From positions 1,165,597 through 1,229,596 of the forward strand of contig OZ253564.1 of assembly GCA_965262915.1 (NCBI GenBank): a DNA stretch of 64,000 nucleotides, given 5' to 3'. Below are positions 47,206-56,612 of the stretch, one piece after another (position 1 is the first letter of the stretch; each line of letters starts with the position of its first letter). A program made the translations under genes and the position numbers. Origin of the DNA: Candidatus Spongiisociaceae bacterium. Its GTDB lineage: Bacteria > Actinomycetota > Acidimicrobiia > Spongiisociales > Spongiisociaceae. A model generated the notes under the pieces. The model worked only from the letters and a program-made list of their open reading frames with translations. It was not told the DNA's origin and did no database searches.

Positions 47206-48536
47206 TCGGGACCGCGGTTCTCCCACGGTTGGCAGGCTTTGCGCTCGGTCCCCTCGATCTGCCCGATGAGGTAGCGCACGCCGGTCGCCGGACCGTTCTC
47301 AATGCGCTGGCGCTGGCGGTCGGTGCCGCCCGGCATCCTGCTGTCGATGCGGCTTGCGAGGTGGTTTCGCGCCTGACCCGGCGCCCTGAAGCATCGATCC
47401 CCGGCCGGTCCGCCCGGGTGGAGGCGGAGTGGGCGGCTTTCGTAGGAGGCATAGCGGTCCACGCCGAGGACTACGACGACACCCACCTGGGCACCGTCGT
47501 GCATCCGGGCGCCCCGGTCGTTCCTGCCGCCCTAGCCGCTGCCGAGTTGTACAGGAGCAGCGGACGCGAACTGCTGGAGGCTGTGGTGGTCGGGGTGGAG
47601 GTTGCATGCCGGGTGGGCCTGGGTCTCGGGCCGGGTCACTTCGACCGCGGATGGCACCTCACGGGGTCGACCGGCCGGTACGGCGCCGCCGCTGCGGCCG
47701 CCCGCCTGGCCGGGTTGGACGAGGCCACGCTGGCCGGGGTGTGGGCCCGCTCTGCAGCCGAGACGGCCGGGGTCCAGGCGGCCTTCGGCACCATGACCAA
47801 GCCGTACCATCCCGGCAAGGCTGCCTACGACGGGATCCTGGCGGTACAGGACACCGTGGACGGGCGCCGGCCTGCTCCGATGACCGCGGAGGAGGAGACG
47901 AACATGTTCCATGCGCTGGGTCCCGACCCGGATCCCCCGAAGGTCACTACCGGCCTGTGCGAACAGTGGGAGACCGCGCTGAACACATTCAAACCGTATG
48001 CCTGCGGGATCGTCAGCCATCCGGTCATAGATGCGGCGGTCGAAGCCCGGACCCGTATCGGGGGCCGGATCAACCGGATCACGGTTACCGTCAATCCCAT
48101 CGTGCTCGACGTGATGGGTGTCGAAGAGCCAGCCCACGGCCTGGAGTCGAAGTTCAGCGTCTACCACTGCGCGGCTATCGGTCTCCTCGACGGGGTCGGA
48201 GGGCCGGCCCAGTTCTCCGACGAGCGGGTCAACTCCCCGGACACGACCGCGCTGCGCCGCAAGGTCGAGGTGATCACCGATCCGAGCATGGCCCGGGATG
48301 CGGCCCGCCTGGTAGCGGATACGGCGGACGGGCGGCGGGTCGAAGTGAGGATCGACCACGCCAGGGGGAGCGCGGCGCGACCCATGACCGACGAGGATCT
48401 CGCCTTCAAGGCCCGTGACTCGATGCAGCCCGTCATCGGTGATGCCGCCGACGATCTCATCGACATGGCCTACTCCATCGAAGCTCACGAAGTACGGGAC
48501 ATCATGCAGGTGGCCGCCTCAGGGGCTGGGATGTGA
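47202..48536 (+). CDS. MmgE/PrpD family protein (2-methylcitrate dehydratase-like)
   Basis: TTG 47202 after GGAGG. AVHAEDYDDTH...HPGAPVVPAALAAAE...GVEVACRVG are typical PrpD family segments. Confidence 0.85.
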   Translation: MIGTAVLPRLAGFALGPLDLPDEVAHAGRRTVLNALALAVGAARHPAVDAACEVVSRLTRRPEASIPGRSARVEAEWAAFVGGIAVHAEDYDDTHLGTVVHPGAPVVPAALAAAELYRSSGRELLEAVVVGVEVACRVGLGLGPGHFDRGWHLTGSTGRYGAAAAAARLAGLDEATLAGVWARSAAETAGVQAAFGTMTKPYHPGKAAYDGILAVQDTVDGRRPAPMTAEEETNMFHALGPDPDPPKVTTGLCEQWETALNTFKPYACGIVSHPVIDAAVEARTRIGGRINRITVTVNPIVLDVMGVEEPAHGLESKFSVYHCAAIGLLDGVGGPAQFSDERVNSPDTTALRRKVEVITDPSMARDAARLVADTADGRRVEVRIDHARGSAARPMTDEDLAFKARDSMQPVIGDAADDLIDMAYSIEAHEVRDIMQVAASGAGM

Positions 48537-49348
48537 GCGAGGGCACCTGGCACCTGGCACCTGGCACCTGGCACCTGGCACCTGGCACCTGGCACCTGGC
48601 ACCTGGCACCTGGCACCTGGCACCTGGCACCTGGCACCTGGCACCTGGCACCTGGCACCTGGCACCTGGCACCTGGCACCTGGCACCTGGCACCTGGCAG
48701 GTTCCTGTCCGGTCGAGCCTCGCCGACAAGTGCTCACCTACGGTTGCGGCCCTGGTGATCGTGGACATGGTGAACGACTTCGTCCACCCCCGCGGTCTGA
48801 CCGCCACCAGGAGCGGCCGCTCAGTAGAAGCAGGCCGATCCTCTATCGAGCCGATCCGCACCCTCGCCGTCGTCGCCCGCCACGCCGGAGTACCGGTCGT
48901 GCATGTCCAACACTCGACGTCGCCCGACGACGCCAGCCACTCCGGTCCGTGGGTCGATGCCCGCAGGCGGGCCAGGTACAGCGCCCTCGACATATGCCTC
49001 GACGGAACGTGGGGACAGCAGGTGGTGGACGAGTTGGCCTCCGAGGACGGCGATATCGTCGTGAAGAAGCACCGCGATAGCGGGTTCGCCCGCACCGAGT
49101 TGGACCGCGTCCTGGGTGAACGCGGGCGTGAGACCATCGTGGTGTGCGGGGTCTCGACCAACGTCTGCGTCGAGTCGACCGCCCGCCAGGGTTTCGATCT
49201 TGACTACTACGTGGTTATCCCCGAGGATGCATGCATGTTATGGGACAACCGGCTGCACGAAGCGGCGCTGGAGACCGCCCGCCACCGTTACGCGGTTGTG
49301 TGCCAGACCTCGGATCTGATTTCGATATGGCAGGATTACCGGCCATGA
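48533..49348 (+). CDS. Isochorismatase-family cysteine hydrolase with the heptamer array translated as an N-terminal extension
   Basis: GTG 48533 overlaps the PrpD stop. No ATG/GTG/TTG exists between the repeat and the conserved ALVIVDMVNDF. Catalytic VVCGVSTNVCVESTAR. The domain is in frame with the start only at the present repeat length. Confidence 0.75.
   Translation: MSEGTWHLAPGTWHLAPGTWHLAPGTWHLAPGTWHLAPGTWHLAPGTWHLAPGTWQVPVRSSLADKCSPTVAALVIVDMVNDFVHPRGLTATRSGRSVEAGRSSIEPIRTLAVVARHAGVPVVHVQHSTSPDDASHSGPWVDARRRARYSALDICLDGTWGQQVVDELASEDGDIVVKKHRDSGFARTELDRVLGERGRETIVVCGVSTNVCVESTARQGFDLDYYVVIPEDACMLWDNRLHEAALETARHRYAVVCQTSDLISIWQDYRP
48542..48699. repeat. Heptanucleotide tandem repeat, 22 perfect GGCACCT units plus a partial unit
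   Basis: Counted directly: units start at 48542+7n, n=0..21. No interruption. Open in all six frames (WHLAPGT / ARCQVPG peptides in the ORF track). Confidence 0.97.
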
Positions 49349-50226
49349 GCCGATCACGGATCCCATTCTCCCAGTCGTGGGACCGGCCTGCGTTGGCGCC
49401 CCCCGACGGTAAGCTGATCATCGTCCAGATCGTGGTCAACCTGGAACTGTGGCGCTTCGATGCAGCCCTGCCCAGGTCGCTGCTACCCGCGCCGCACGGC
49501 GAGCCCCGCATACCCGACGTGCCCAACTACTCCTGGGTGGAGTACGGGCTACGCAGCGGCTTGCCGCGCATCCTGCGTCTCTTCGGATCGCTCGGAGTGC
49601 CGGCCTCCGCCTCTGTCAACGCACTCCTCTTCCAGGCCGAGCCCGCCATCGGGGAGCGGATCGTCGAGGCCGGCTTGGAGATGGTGGGGCACGGGACCGA
49701 GCAACGTGCTCTGGCTGCCCACACGGAACGGGATACGGTCCGCGCCACCCTCGATATGCTTGAGGAGTTCTCGGGTTCCCGGCCGCGGGGTTGGTTGGGC
49801 CCCGGACTACAGGAGACCTTCGAGACACCGGACGTTCTCGCCGAGGCCGGCATCGATTACGTCCTCGATTGGGCGGTTGACGACCTACCCGTCTGGATGG
49901 ACACCCGGCGCGGGCCACTGTTGGCGGTTCCCTACAACCTGGAGATCAACGACAGCCTGCTGTTCGGCGTCGAGAGGCACCCCTCTCGAGAGTTTGCGGT
50001 GCGGGTGGAAGACACCCTCAGGGTCTACGAGCAGGAGACCGGGTCGGAACCCCGGATCCTCACCCTCGGCCTGCATCCCCACCTGATCGGGATCCCCCAT
50101 CGATTCGTCTACCTCGAGCAGGTGCTGGGTGAGCTTGCTGCAAGGATCGATACGGTCTTCATGACCGGTTCGTCCATCGCCGACTGGTACCGGGCGGAGG
50201 TACCTCCAGAAGGGAGTCATCCATGA
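49345..50226 (+). CDS. Polysaccharide deacetylase family protein (PuuE-like)
   Basis: ATGA overlap with the isochorismatase stop. 293 aa with deacetylase-like pattern (...VGHGTEQRAL..., ...LGLHPHLIGIPHR...). Confidence 0.7.
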   Translation: MSRSRIPFSQSWDRPALAPPDGKLIIVQIVVNLELWRFDAALPRSLLPAPHGEPRIPDVPNYSWVEYGLRSGLPRILRLFGSLGVPASASVNALLFQAEPAIGERIVEAGLEMVGHGTEQRALAAHTERDTVRATLDMLEEFSGSRPRGWLGPGLQETFETPDVLAEAGIDYVLDWAVDDLPVWMDTRRGPLLAVPYNLEINDSLLFGVERHPSREFAVRVEDTLRVYEQETGSEPRILTLGLHPHLIGIPHRFVYLEQVLGELAARIDTVFMTGSSIADWYRAEVPPEGSHP

Positions 50227-50537
50227 GCGTGGTGAAGATCAACGCCATCACGGTGCCGGACGGGATGGGTGGAGAACTGGAAGAGCGCTTTGCCAAGCGC
50301 GCTCATCAGGTGGAGAGGATGGAAGGCTTCGAAGGGTTCGAGCTACTCCGACCTGTCGGCGGTGAGACCCGCTACTTCGTCTACACGAGATGGCGGTCGG
50401 AGGAGGACTTCCAGCGGTGGGTCAGCGGCCAGGAGTTCCGAAGGGGCCACTCGCAGTCCGATCCGGGATCCGAACGCCGGCCGGTCGGAATCGCTTCGGA
50501 GTTGCTCTCGTTCGAGGTGGTCGAGCACGTCGAGTAG
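50223..50537 (+). CDS. Antibiotic-biosynthesis-monooxygenase (ABM) domain protein
   Basis: ATGA overlap. MSVVKINAITVP...FELLRPVGGETRYFVYTRWRSEEDFQRW is a typical ABM/IsdG-like fold. Confidence 0.8.
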   Translation: MSVVKINAITVPDGMGGELEERFAKRAHQVERMEGFEGFELLRPVGGETRYFVYTRWRSEEDFQRWVSGQEFRRGHSQSDPGSERRPVGIASELLSFEVVEHVE

Positions 50538-50549
50538 ACGACGCCCCGA

Positions 50550-50655
50550 CTAGGAGGGTGGTCTAAACGGTGGGGAGCAACGGCCCGTCTTCCTCTGAAC
50601 TGGCATTATGTCATCGGTCGACGGGCCGTGAAGGGGTTTCACACCACCCTCCTAG
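50550..50655. mobile_element. MITE family A, copy 3 (inverted orientation, 106 bp)
   Basis: Reverse complement of 23971..24077 with one substitution and one 1-nt deletion. TA flanks. Confidence 0.9.
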
Positions 50656-50686
50656 GGCACGGGGTAGCCATCAGGTAGCCAGATCG

Positions 50687-51349
50687 CTAGGGCTTGGCTA
50701 TGCCGAGTAGGGCAAGCAGCGCGACCAGGGTCCAGATGGTGAACACGAAGGGGTAGCTGCGCCGCATCGCCGAGCGCAAAGTGTCGTTGACAGTTGGGCT
50801 AGGTCCGTCGGACATAAGCTGAGCGAATGCCGGTCCGAACGGTTTGAGGGTGAGGCGGATCCCCGCTCCGGAGGCCACGATGATGCCGAACAGGCCGATC
50901 TTCAGAGCAAGCCAGTTCTGGCTGAACGGGGCATCCGTGATCAGGGACACGGCCCCCGTAAGGACCAGAACCACCACCAGCACCGCCCTGAACCACACGT
51001 CGAAGCGCTCGGCGGTGCGACCCGAGACCGTGCCGGTCCGGAAGCGGATGTACCAGGTCAGACCCAACCAGGCCAGACCGATTGCCCATACAAGAATCAG
51101 CCAGATGCCCGTGATGGGGGAGATCCCGAGGGCGGCAGCCAGGGAGAAGCCGATCGGCAGCATCATCACGTGCGATGTCCGGGGCGCCATGTCGATGGTG
51201 AACAGGATCTTGGCGGCGATGGCCCGCCCGGGTACGGGAAGTTTCTCGTTGACGAGCGAGCGGGCCGAGATGAACACCCCGATATCGGCGCCCAGCCAGT
51301 AGACGAACAGCAGCACGTGAACCCAGAGCAGTACTTCGTAGCCGGTCAT
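50687..51349 (-). CDS. Integral membrane protein (paralog of 20351..21058)
   Basis: Start at MTGYEVLLWVHVLLFVYWLGADIGVF (ATG 51349). The ORF track fuses it to the upstream VOC remnant. Confidence 0.6.
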   Translation of the reverse strand: MTGYEVLLWVHVLLFVYWLGADIGVFISARSLVNEKLPVPGRAIAAKILFTIDMAPRTSHVMMLPIGFSLAAALGISPITGIWLILVWAIGLAWLGLTWYIRFRTGTVSGRTAERFDVWFRAVLVVVLVLTGAVSLITDAPFSQNWLALKIGLFGIIVASGAGIRLTLKPFGPAFAQLMSDGPSPTVNDTLRSAMRRSYPFVFTIWTLVALLALLGIAKP

Positions 51350-51498
51350 CTTCGTATCGGGAACTTGAGGCGGGTCAGTTCGATGGCGTCGTAGTGGCAG
51401 AAGAAGCTGCAGTAGCCGCAGGCGTCGCAGTCGGCGGTGAAGCGGGCATCCCAGCGGCCCTCCTGGACGTCGTCGGGCTGGATGTCGATGAACGCCAT
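51346..51498 (-). CDS. Small Cys-rich ORF with a 4Fe-4S ferredoxin-type CxxCxxCxxxC motif (below the ORF-track size cutoff)
   Basis: MAFIDIQPDDVQEGRWDARFTADCDACGYCSFFCHYDAIELTRLKFPIRR. Stop overlaps the ATG of the membrane-protein gene (ATGA). A GTG 27 nt upstream is an alternative start. Confidence 0.3.
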   Translation of the reverse strand: MAFIDIQPDDVQEGRWDARFTADCDACGYCSFFCHYDAIELTRLKFPIRR

Positions 51499-52069
51499 TA
51501 CCGGGTTGAACTGCTGGGACTTCACCCAGGAACCCGGTCGGCGTCATACCGTGCGAATCCAGGAAGGCAGCCATATCGCCGGTCTGCGTCCGCGTACCGC
51601 GTATCAACTGGATCAGGTTGACCGGCACCGAGTCGGGTGCTTCGAACACCACCTCGGTAGGAGATCCGACCGCCTCGCTCATCTCGTAGGTGGTCGGCCG
51701 GCTCCAGAACCGATACCCGGCGCCGCGGAGCCGCAGGGCTGTGTCGTGGATGTGGTTGTTGTAGAAGTTGAGGTTTCCGAGACCGATCCAGGTCGTTTCG
51801 CGACCGGCACGAACCTCTTGGCGGGAGTCGGCATGGAACTTCACCAGCATGACCCGGCCCACCCGGCTGCCTGGGAAGGTCGCTAGGACCGCTTCGGCTT
51901 CCGAACCCGGCGGACATTGCCATTGAGCAGCCAGAGACCCGCCGGACCACGGTTGGCTATCGGTCACGGTAAGGCCGATCACGTCCCGGTAGAACGTCAA
52001 CGATTGCTCCATGTCTGCCACGCCGATGAACGAAATCCCGAGGGCGGAGCGGGCTTTATGGCTGGTCAA
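51499..52069 (-). pseudogene. VOC family protein, first module only; the second module is missing
   Basis: TTG 52069 after AAGGAGAA. Homology to 26043..27033 ends at ...FLDSHGMTPTGFLGEV. The frame then runs as Arg-rich noise, without a stop, into the next gene. Confidence 0.5.
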
Positions 52070-52246
52070 TCTCGTTCTCCTTGTGGTCGGCGGTCCGTGT
52101 GCTGTCGACCTTTCTCCCTATCGGCGGCCGGTCGTCGCTGGATCGGCCCTCGCGGGGGTTTCACCGGCTTCCTGCGGAACTGTAGAGGCTCTACCCCACC
52201 TGGTCGGCTCTCGCGATGATTGGCCCGTGTGGGTACCAATCGGGAG

Positions 52247-55055
52247 ATGCTCATGCCTTTCGATTGGTCACTGCCGGATATCGAGGATCAGCCCGACGGT
52301 TTCTCGGATGCGGGTGAGGATGACCGACCCAACGTTTCCTCGTACCCGGTTGATCCGAGCGGTCGAGACAGTTCGGATGTGCTGACATTGGGCGACGGAT
52401 GGACTCTCAAGCCCGTTGTGAGGATCAGGCTCGACTCCGACCTCAGATCCGTACCCGCGAATGGTGGTCGTCAGAGGTACAACATGAACGACGCTGGTCG
52501 TTTTCTGAGGATGGTCTGCGCAGTTACCAGTACCGCTGGATGGCGGAAGCTGGCCTTCCTCGCAAGGCCCGCCGACGGGCGTACCGGTAGCGTATCCCCC
52601 AGGTACCGTTATGACGCTGGGCGGCCCAGGCTGCCTGCGGTGGGGTGGCTGAGGGGAACAGAGGAACCGGATGGCGATGGCGGTCATGTTCAACGCTGTG
52701 CTGTTCCAGTCCCACATCGCCAGCCACCACCCCACGGTGCTGTCACCCACCCAGATGATTCACCTGGGCCACGTCGACCAGCATCAGGTCTTGGTCCAGT
52801 GGGCCCACATATTGGAGATCAACTATTGGCCGATCTACGCCGTGTCGGAGAGGCTGCTGGGGGACTGCATCAGCGACGAGGCAGCCGCCGAGAGCTTGTT
52901 GGGTGTCTTGTACGAAGCGGCGGCTCGGATCGCTGGGAGACCGGAGGCGGGTGGTTTGGTCGGCCGCTTGTTCGGGGAACTGATCGGAGACCGCAAGTTC
53001 TTGGCCACGTTTTACACCTTCCCGCTTCAGCAGTGTTTTTGGCGGAACTCGCGGTCGGTCGTCTCGACGTGGATTGGGCCGACCCTGGGGTGGTAGCCGG
53101 CCTGCGGGTGGGGGACATGGCATGCGGTACGGGGGCGTTGCTGACAGCGGTGTACCGACGGGTGGCGGAACGGCATCGGGTAGCGGGAGGCGACGAAGCC
53201 GACATTCACCGGGGCCTGGTCGAAGATGTGCTCATCGGCTGTGACATTATGCCCGCCGGCGGTGCACCTGACCGCTGCCCGCCTGTCCGGGGAACGTCCC
53301 GACATTGACTACTCGGGAACAAAAGCCTGGATCCTGCCCTACGGTGAGGTGTCGACCCCGACCGGCCCGGGTGATCAAGATCGGGTCTTTGGATCTGTTA
53401 CGCGGTAACGAAACCGGCGCCCTGTGGGGAGACGGCACATCTGCTGTGACAGCTCACGGCGACGCCGCGAGCACCACCGCCGATATTCCTAACGGATCCC
53501 TCGATGTGGTCATCATGAACCACCGTTCACCCGACCCACCAACCATGAGGCCATCCACGACCCCGACATTCCGGTCCCGTCGTTTGCCGGTTTCGCCAAC
53601 GACGCCCAAGCGCAGAAGGCCATGGCGAAAGTGCTCACGGCCGTCAAGCGTCGCCTACCGAAACCGGTCGCGGGGCATGGGAACGCTGGTCTAGCGACGA
53701 ACTTTGTTGATCTCGCCCACGCCAAACTGAAACCCGGCGGTGTGCTGGCTCTCATAGTCCCCGTCAAGATCATGGAAGGAACGGGCTGGGAGAACACCAG
53801 AAAGCTGCTCGCCCACAGCTACGAGAACATCGCCGCGGTGACCATATCGTCCGACCGAGACATCACCTCCGAGTCGCGGGCGTTCTCAGCCGACACCGGC
53901 ATCGCAGAAGCGATCATCGTTGCCACCCGCCGAGCCGGCGAGGACACCCACCTCGGGCAGACTGTTAGCAACCGGCCGGTGGACACCGCCTATGCCATCC
54001 TGCATGGCAGGCCCGCCACGTCCGCGGCCGCCGTCGAAGCAGCCCGCACCATAGCGGCCGACATCAGCGGACTGCGATCACTGTCGGTCGGTGACCAGGC
54101 CATCGGGTGGGCTATCACCGGGAAGCTCGACCCGTCCGGAGGCGGGCACCCAAGCGGCGTCTCAAACCCGGCCCTAGCACAAGCAGCTCTGTCGCTCACC
54201 GAAGGCCGGCTTGCCCTACCACCCCATGAGACCCTCAGCCTGGCTATCACCCCAGTCCGCGACTTGGGTAACCGCGGGCCGGTTGATCGGGATATCAACG
54301 GCAAAACACCCAGCGGCGGTAACCGGGGCCCGTTCGACGTTGAGAAACTGGACAACCGAAGCGCGTACAAGTTGGCTAACTGGCCGATGCTGTGATCCCA
54401 CGACAACCGACACGAGACCACCCTGGTAGTGCTGCCCTGCTCACAAGGGGCCGTCCGTCCAGGTATGAACGAAGCAGCCCGCAAGCTATGGGACGGGTAC
54501 GAACACCAGGATGGTGAACCGATAGCAGCAGCCGGCCGTTTCCACATCAACTACGACTTCCGGTTTAATGCGCAGCCTCTCGGTGCCTGCCTAACCCCCG
54601 TCCCCGCCATCGGCGGCCGGGCCTGGCCATCGTTCGCGCCCACACCCACCAACAGCCCGGACGTGAACCATTGGGAAAAGGCCTTGGCGCTGTGGCTGAA
54701 CACCACCCTCGGGCTCGTAGCCCGCTGGTGGGTATCGAGCCGTCAGCAACATGGGCGGGCGAGCCTTACGGTCACAACAATCGGGAGTATTCCCGTGCTC
54801 GATCTCCGTGAGATCCCCCCGACCCGAGTGAGACGCCTTGCCGCAGAGTCCGACCGCTTCGCCGGCGAAAGTCTCCTGCCGGCTAACGAAGTCTTCCGTG
54901 ACGACACCCGCCAAGGAATAGACCGGGCTGTCCTCTGCGACGTTCTCGGACTACCCGAAAGCATCCTCGGTCCGCTCGCGACGCTGCGCCTGCAGTGGTG
55001 TACAGAACCCTCGGTACAAGGAAGCAAACGTACCGGCCCATCGGGCAGCGGATAG
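52247..55055 (+). pseudogene. Large SAM-dependent DNA (N6-adenine type) methyltransferase, degraded by at least five frameshifts and one in-frame TGA
   Basis: Pieces lie in three frames: ...FLATFYT / PASAVFLAELAV, motif I VGDMACGTGALL, DIMPAAVHLTAARL. Motif IV VVIMN-PPFTRPTNHE is broken by a missing C at about 53520. TGA at 54393-95 interrupts ...ANWPML-stop-SHDN. Confidence 0.6.
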
Positions 55056-55293
55056 GCCAGCACCTCTCGTGTCGGAGTAAGCCCCGCTCGCCCGGCCTCG
55101 TCAGATCGGCACGTCGATTCCTGATCCCGCCTCACAAACCGTTCGTCCATCGGCCTTCCTGTACGTGCCGGCGTGCTCCCGGCCCCTAAAACGGCTCCTA
55201 GCCGCTTGCGTTACGTTGGTTAACGACCCCAGGTCGGAGTTGGCCGGTTTGGAACGGTTCCCGACGGAAACAGGCCAAATCCTCGAGGGGTAG

Positions 55294-55539
55294 GGCCGCT
55301 ACGAACCAGCGGACCCTCCGGATCCGAAACTGGCCGAACACGCACGGGACGCCCTCGAAGCATTCCGAGAAAGAGAGGCCGGATGCGCGCACCTGTGCGG
55401 ATGTTGGCGGGCGTCGTCGGTGGTGGACTCGACGATCCGGATCGCTCTCGAACTCGGCGGCTGGACCGTCCGGGGCCTCGCCGCCCACATAGGGGTTTCT
55501 CCGGGCCTGATCCAGAAGCGGGCCGGACGATCCGGGTAG
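55294..55539 (+). CDS. Small conserved Cys-rich/HTH ORF without a canonical upstream start (paralog of 59226..59440)
   Basis: ...EAFREREAGCAHLCGCWRASSVVDSTIRIALELGGWTVRGLAAHIGVSPGLIQKRAGRSG. Differences from the paralog are mostly synonymous. The only canonical start is an internal GTG. Confidence 0.35.
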   Translation, partial: GRYEPADPPDPKLAEHARDALEAFREREAGCAHLCGCWRASSVVDSTIRIALELGGWTVRGLAAHIGVSPGLIQKRAGRSG

Positions 55540-55574
55540 CCCCTCGACCTGGTGGTCCTGGTGATACTTGGCCC

Positions 55575-55811
55575 ATGGAAACGATTGAGATTGAGCAAGT
55601 CTTGGAATGGGCCGAGGGCCACGTTGAGGACCTCAGCAAAGAGATGCAGTGGGTGAGAGGTACCGGAAGGTACGGCTATTGGTCAACCCCTTTTCAAGGG
55701 GCTCAGGGCAGGGTCCGGACGCGGGCGACTTCTGCGGTGGCCTTCTTGGAGCAATTTCACCGGAACTGGATCTCGCTGGTCCATGAGCGCTCGCGAGGTG
55801 TTCAACAATAA
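55575..55811 (+). CDS. Hypothetical protein, possibly the frameshifted N-terminal part of the following HEPN gene
   Basis: METIEIEQVLEWAEGHVEDLSKEM... Overlaps the next ORF by 29 nt in another frame. Lower GC. Confidence 0.3.
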   Translation: METIEIEQVLEWAEGHVEDLSKEMQWVRGTGRYGYWSTPFQGAQGRVRTRATSAVAFLEQFHRNWISLVHERSRGVQQ

Positions 55812-56295
55812 GGGCGAGAAGCAGTCGATGGAAAGCGGCGCACGCGCGGTAGGCGACGTGATCGCGGAGTGGGTTCGCATGGTCTGCTCCGGCCACGTGA
55901 AGCCCAGGCTCGTCGAATCGTTCAGCGTTAGCGCTGCAGCCTCAACGGATCTGCTTGAGCAGGTCCGGGCTCTGAATGCGGACAAAGGAGTTGTCCCGGC
56001 CGCTCCGATCGTATTGGCTGGAGTAGCTCTTGAGATCGCACTTCGGTCCGCGGTCGAGGAACTCGGTCTCACCGTCGAGGGACGGCCAAGCATCGATGCT
56101 TATGCCAAGGCGCTCCGCCAAGCCGATGTACTGAATAAGCAGGGCATCAAAGAGGTCACGCAGATGGCGGGCCTTCGCAACGACGCCGCGCATGGACATC
56201 ACGAGATGCTCAGCCGCAAGGGAGCGACCTTGATGGAACAGCAAGTGAACCTCTTCCTCGCCCGGCTGGAGCACGCCGTCCAGCAGTCGAGCTGA
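55783..56295 (+). CDS. HEPN-like (DUF4145-like) protein
   Basis: Helical protein with MAGLRNDAAHG (R-x4-H HEPN motif). Lower GC. Adjacent to the degraded methyltransferase. Confidence 0.5.
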   Translation: MSAREVFNNKGEKQSMESGARAVGDVIAEWVRMVCSGHVKPRLVESFSVSAAASTDLLEQVRALNADKGVVPAAPIVLAGVALEIALRSAVEELGLTVEGRPSIDAYAKALRQADVLNKQGIKEVTQMAGLRNDAAHGHHEMLSRKGATLMEQQVNLFLARLEHAVQQSS

Positions 56296-56612
56296 ACCCA
56301 AGCCGCTGCCCAACCAGAAACTCAAACAAGGCTGATTTCGGGGAGCTTTCCCGGTGGAGGCGTGGTACTAACAGTGGGACGTGACTACTCCGCTGTTGCC
56401 TGGTCTAGCCGGTTACCTGGCTGTTCACCACCTGTAGCAACGGACACCCCTTCCGCTGGGGCGCTTTACTCGGTCGGCGAAGCGATTCGTAGGGTCTGTT
56501 GTAGCGGGCTACGTGGTCTGGTTGCTTACTCGGCTCTGAAGCGTGGCCCTTATCCTTTGGAGTACTACCAACTTGGGGAGAGAAACGTGACCGACGTGGG
56601 TGACGAGGGACT

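Noticed and set aside
48542-48699. Heptamer array as a CRISPR array
   Set aside because: The units are contiguous 7-bp repeats with no spacers. There are no cas genes and no repeat-spacer periodicity.
48542-48699. TGGCAC within the repeat as stacked sigma-54 -24 promoter elements
   Set aside because: No GC-containing -12 element (TTGC) at the right spacing and no enhancer-binding-protein gene nearby. High-GC Gram-positive-type genomes generally lack sigma-54. The match is a by-product of the repeat unit.
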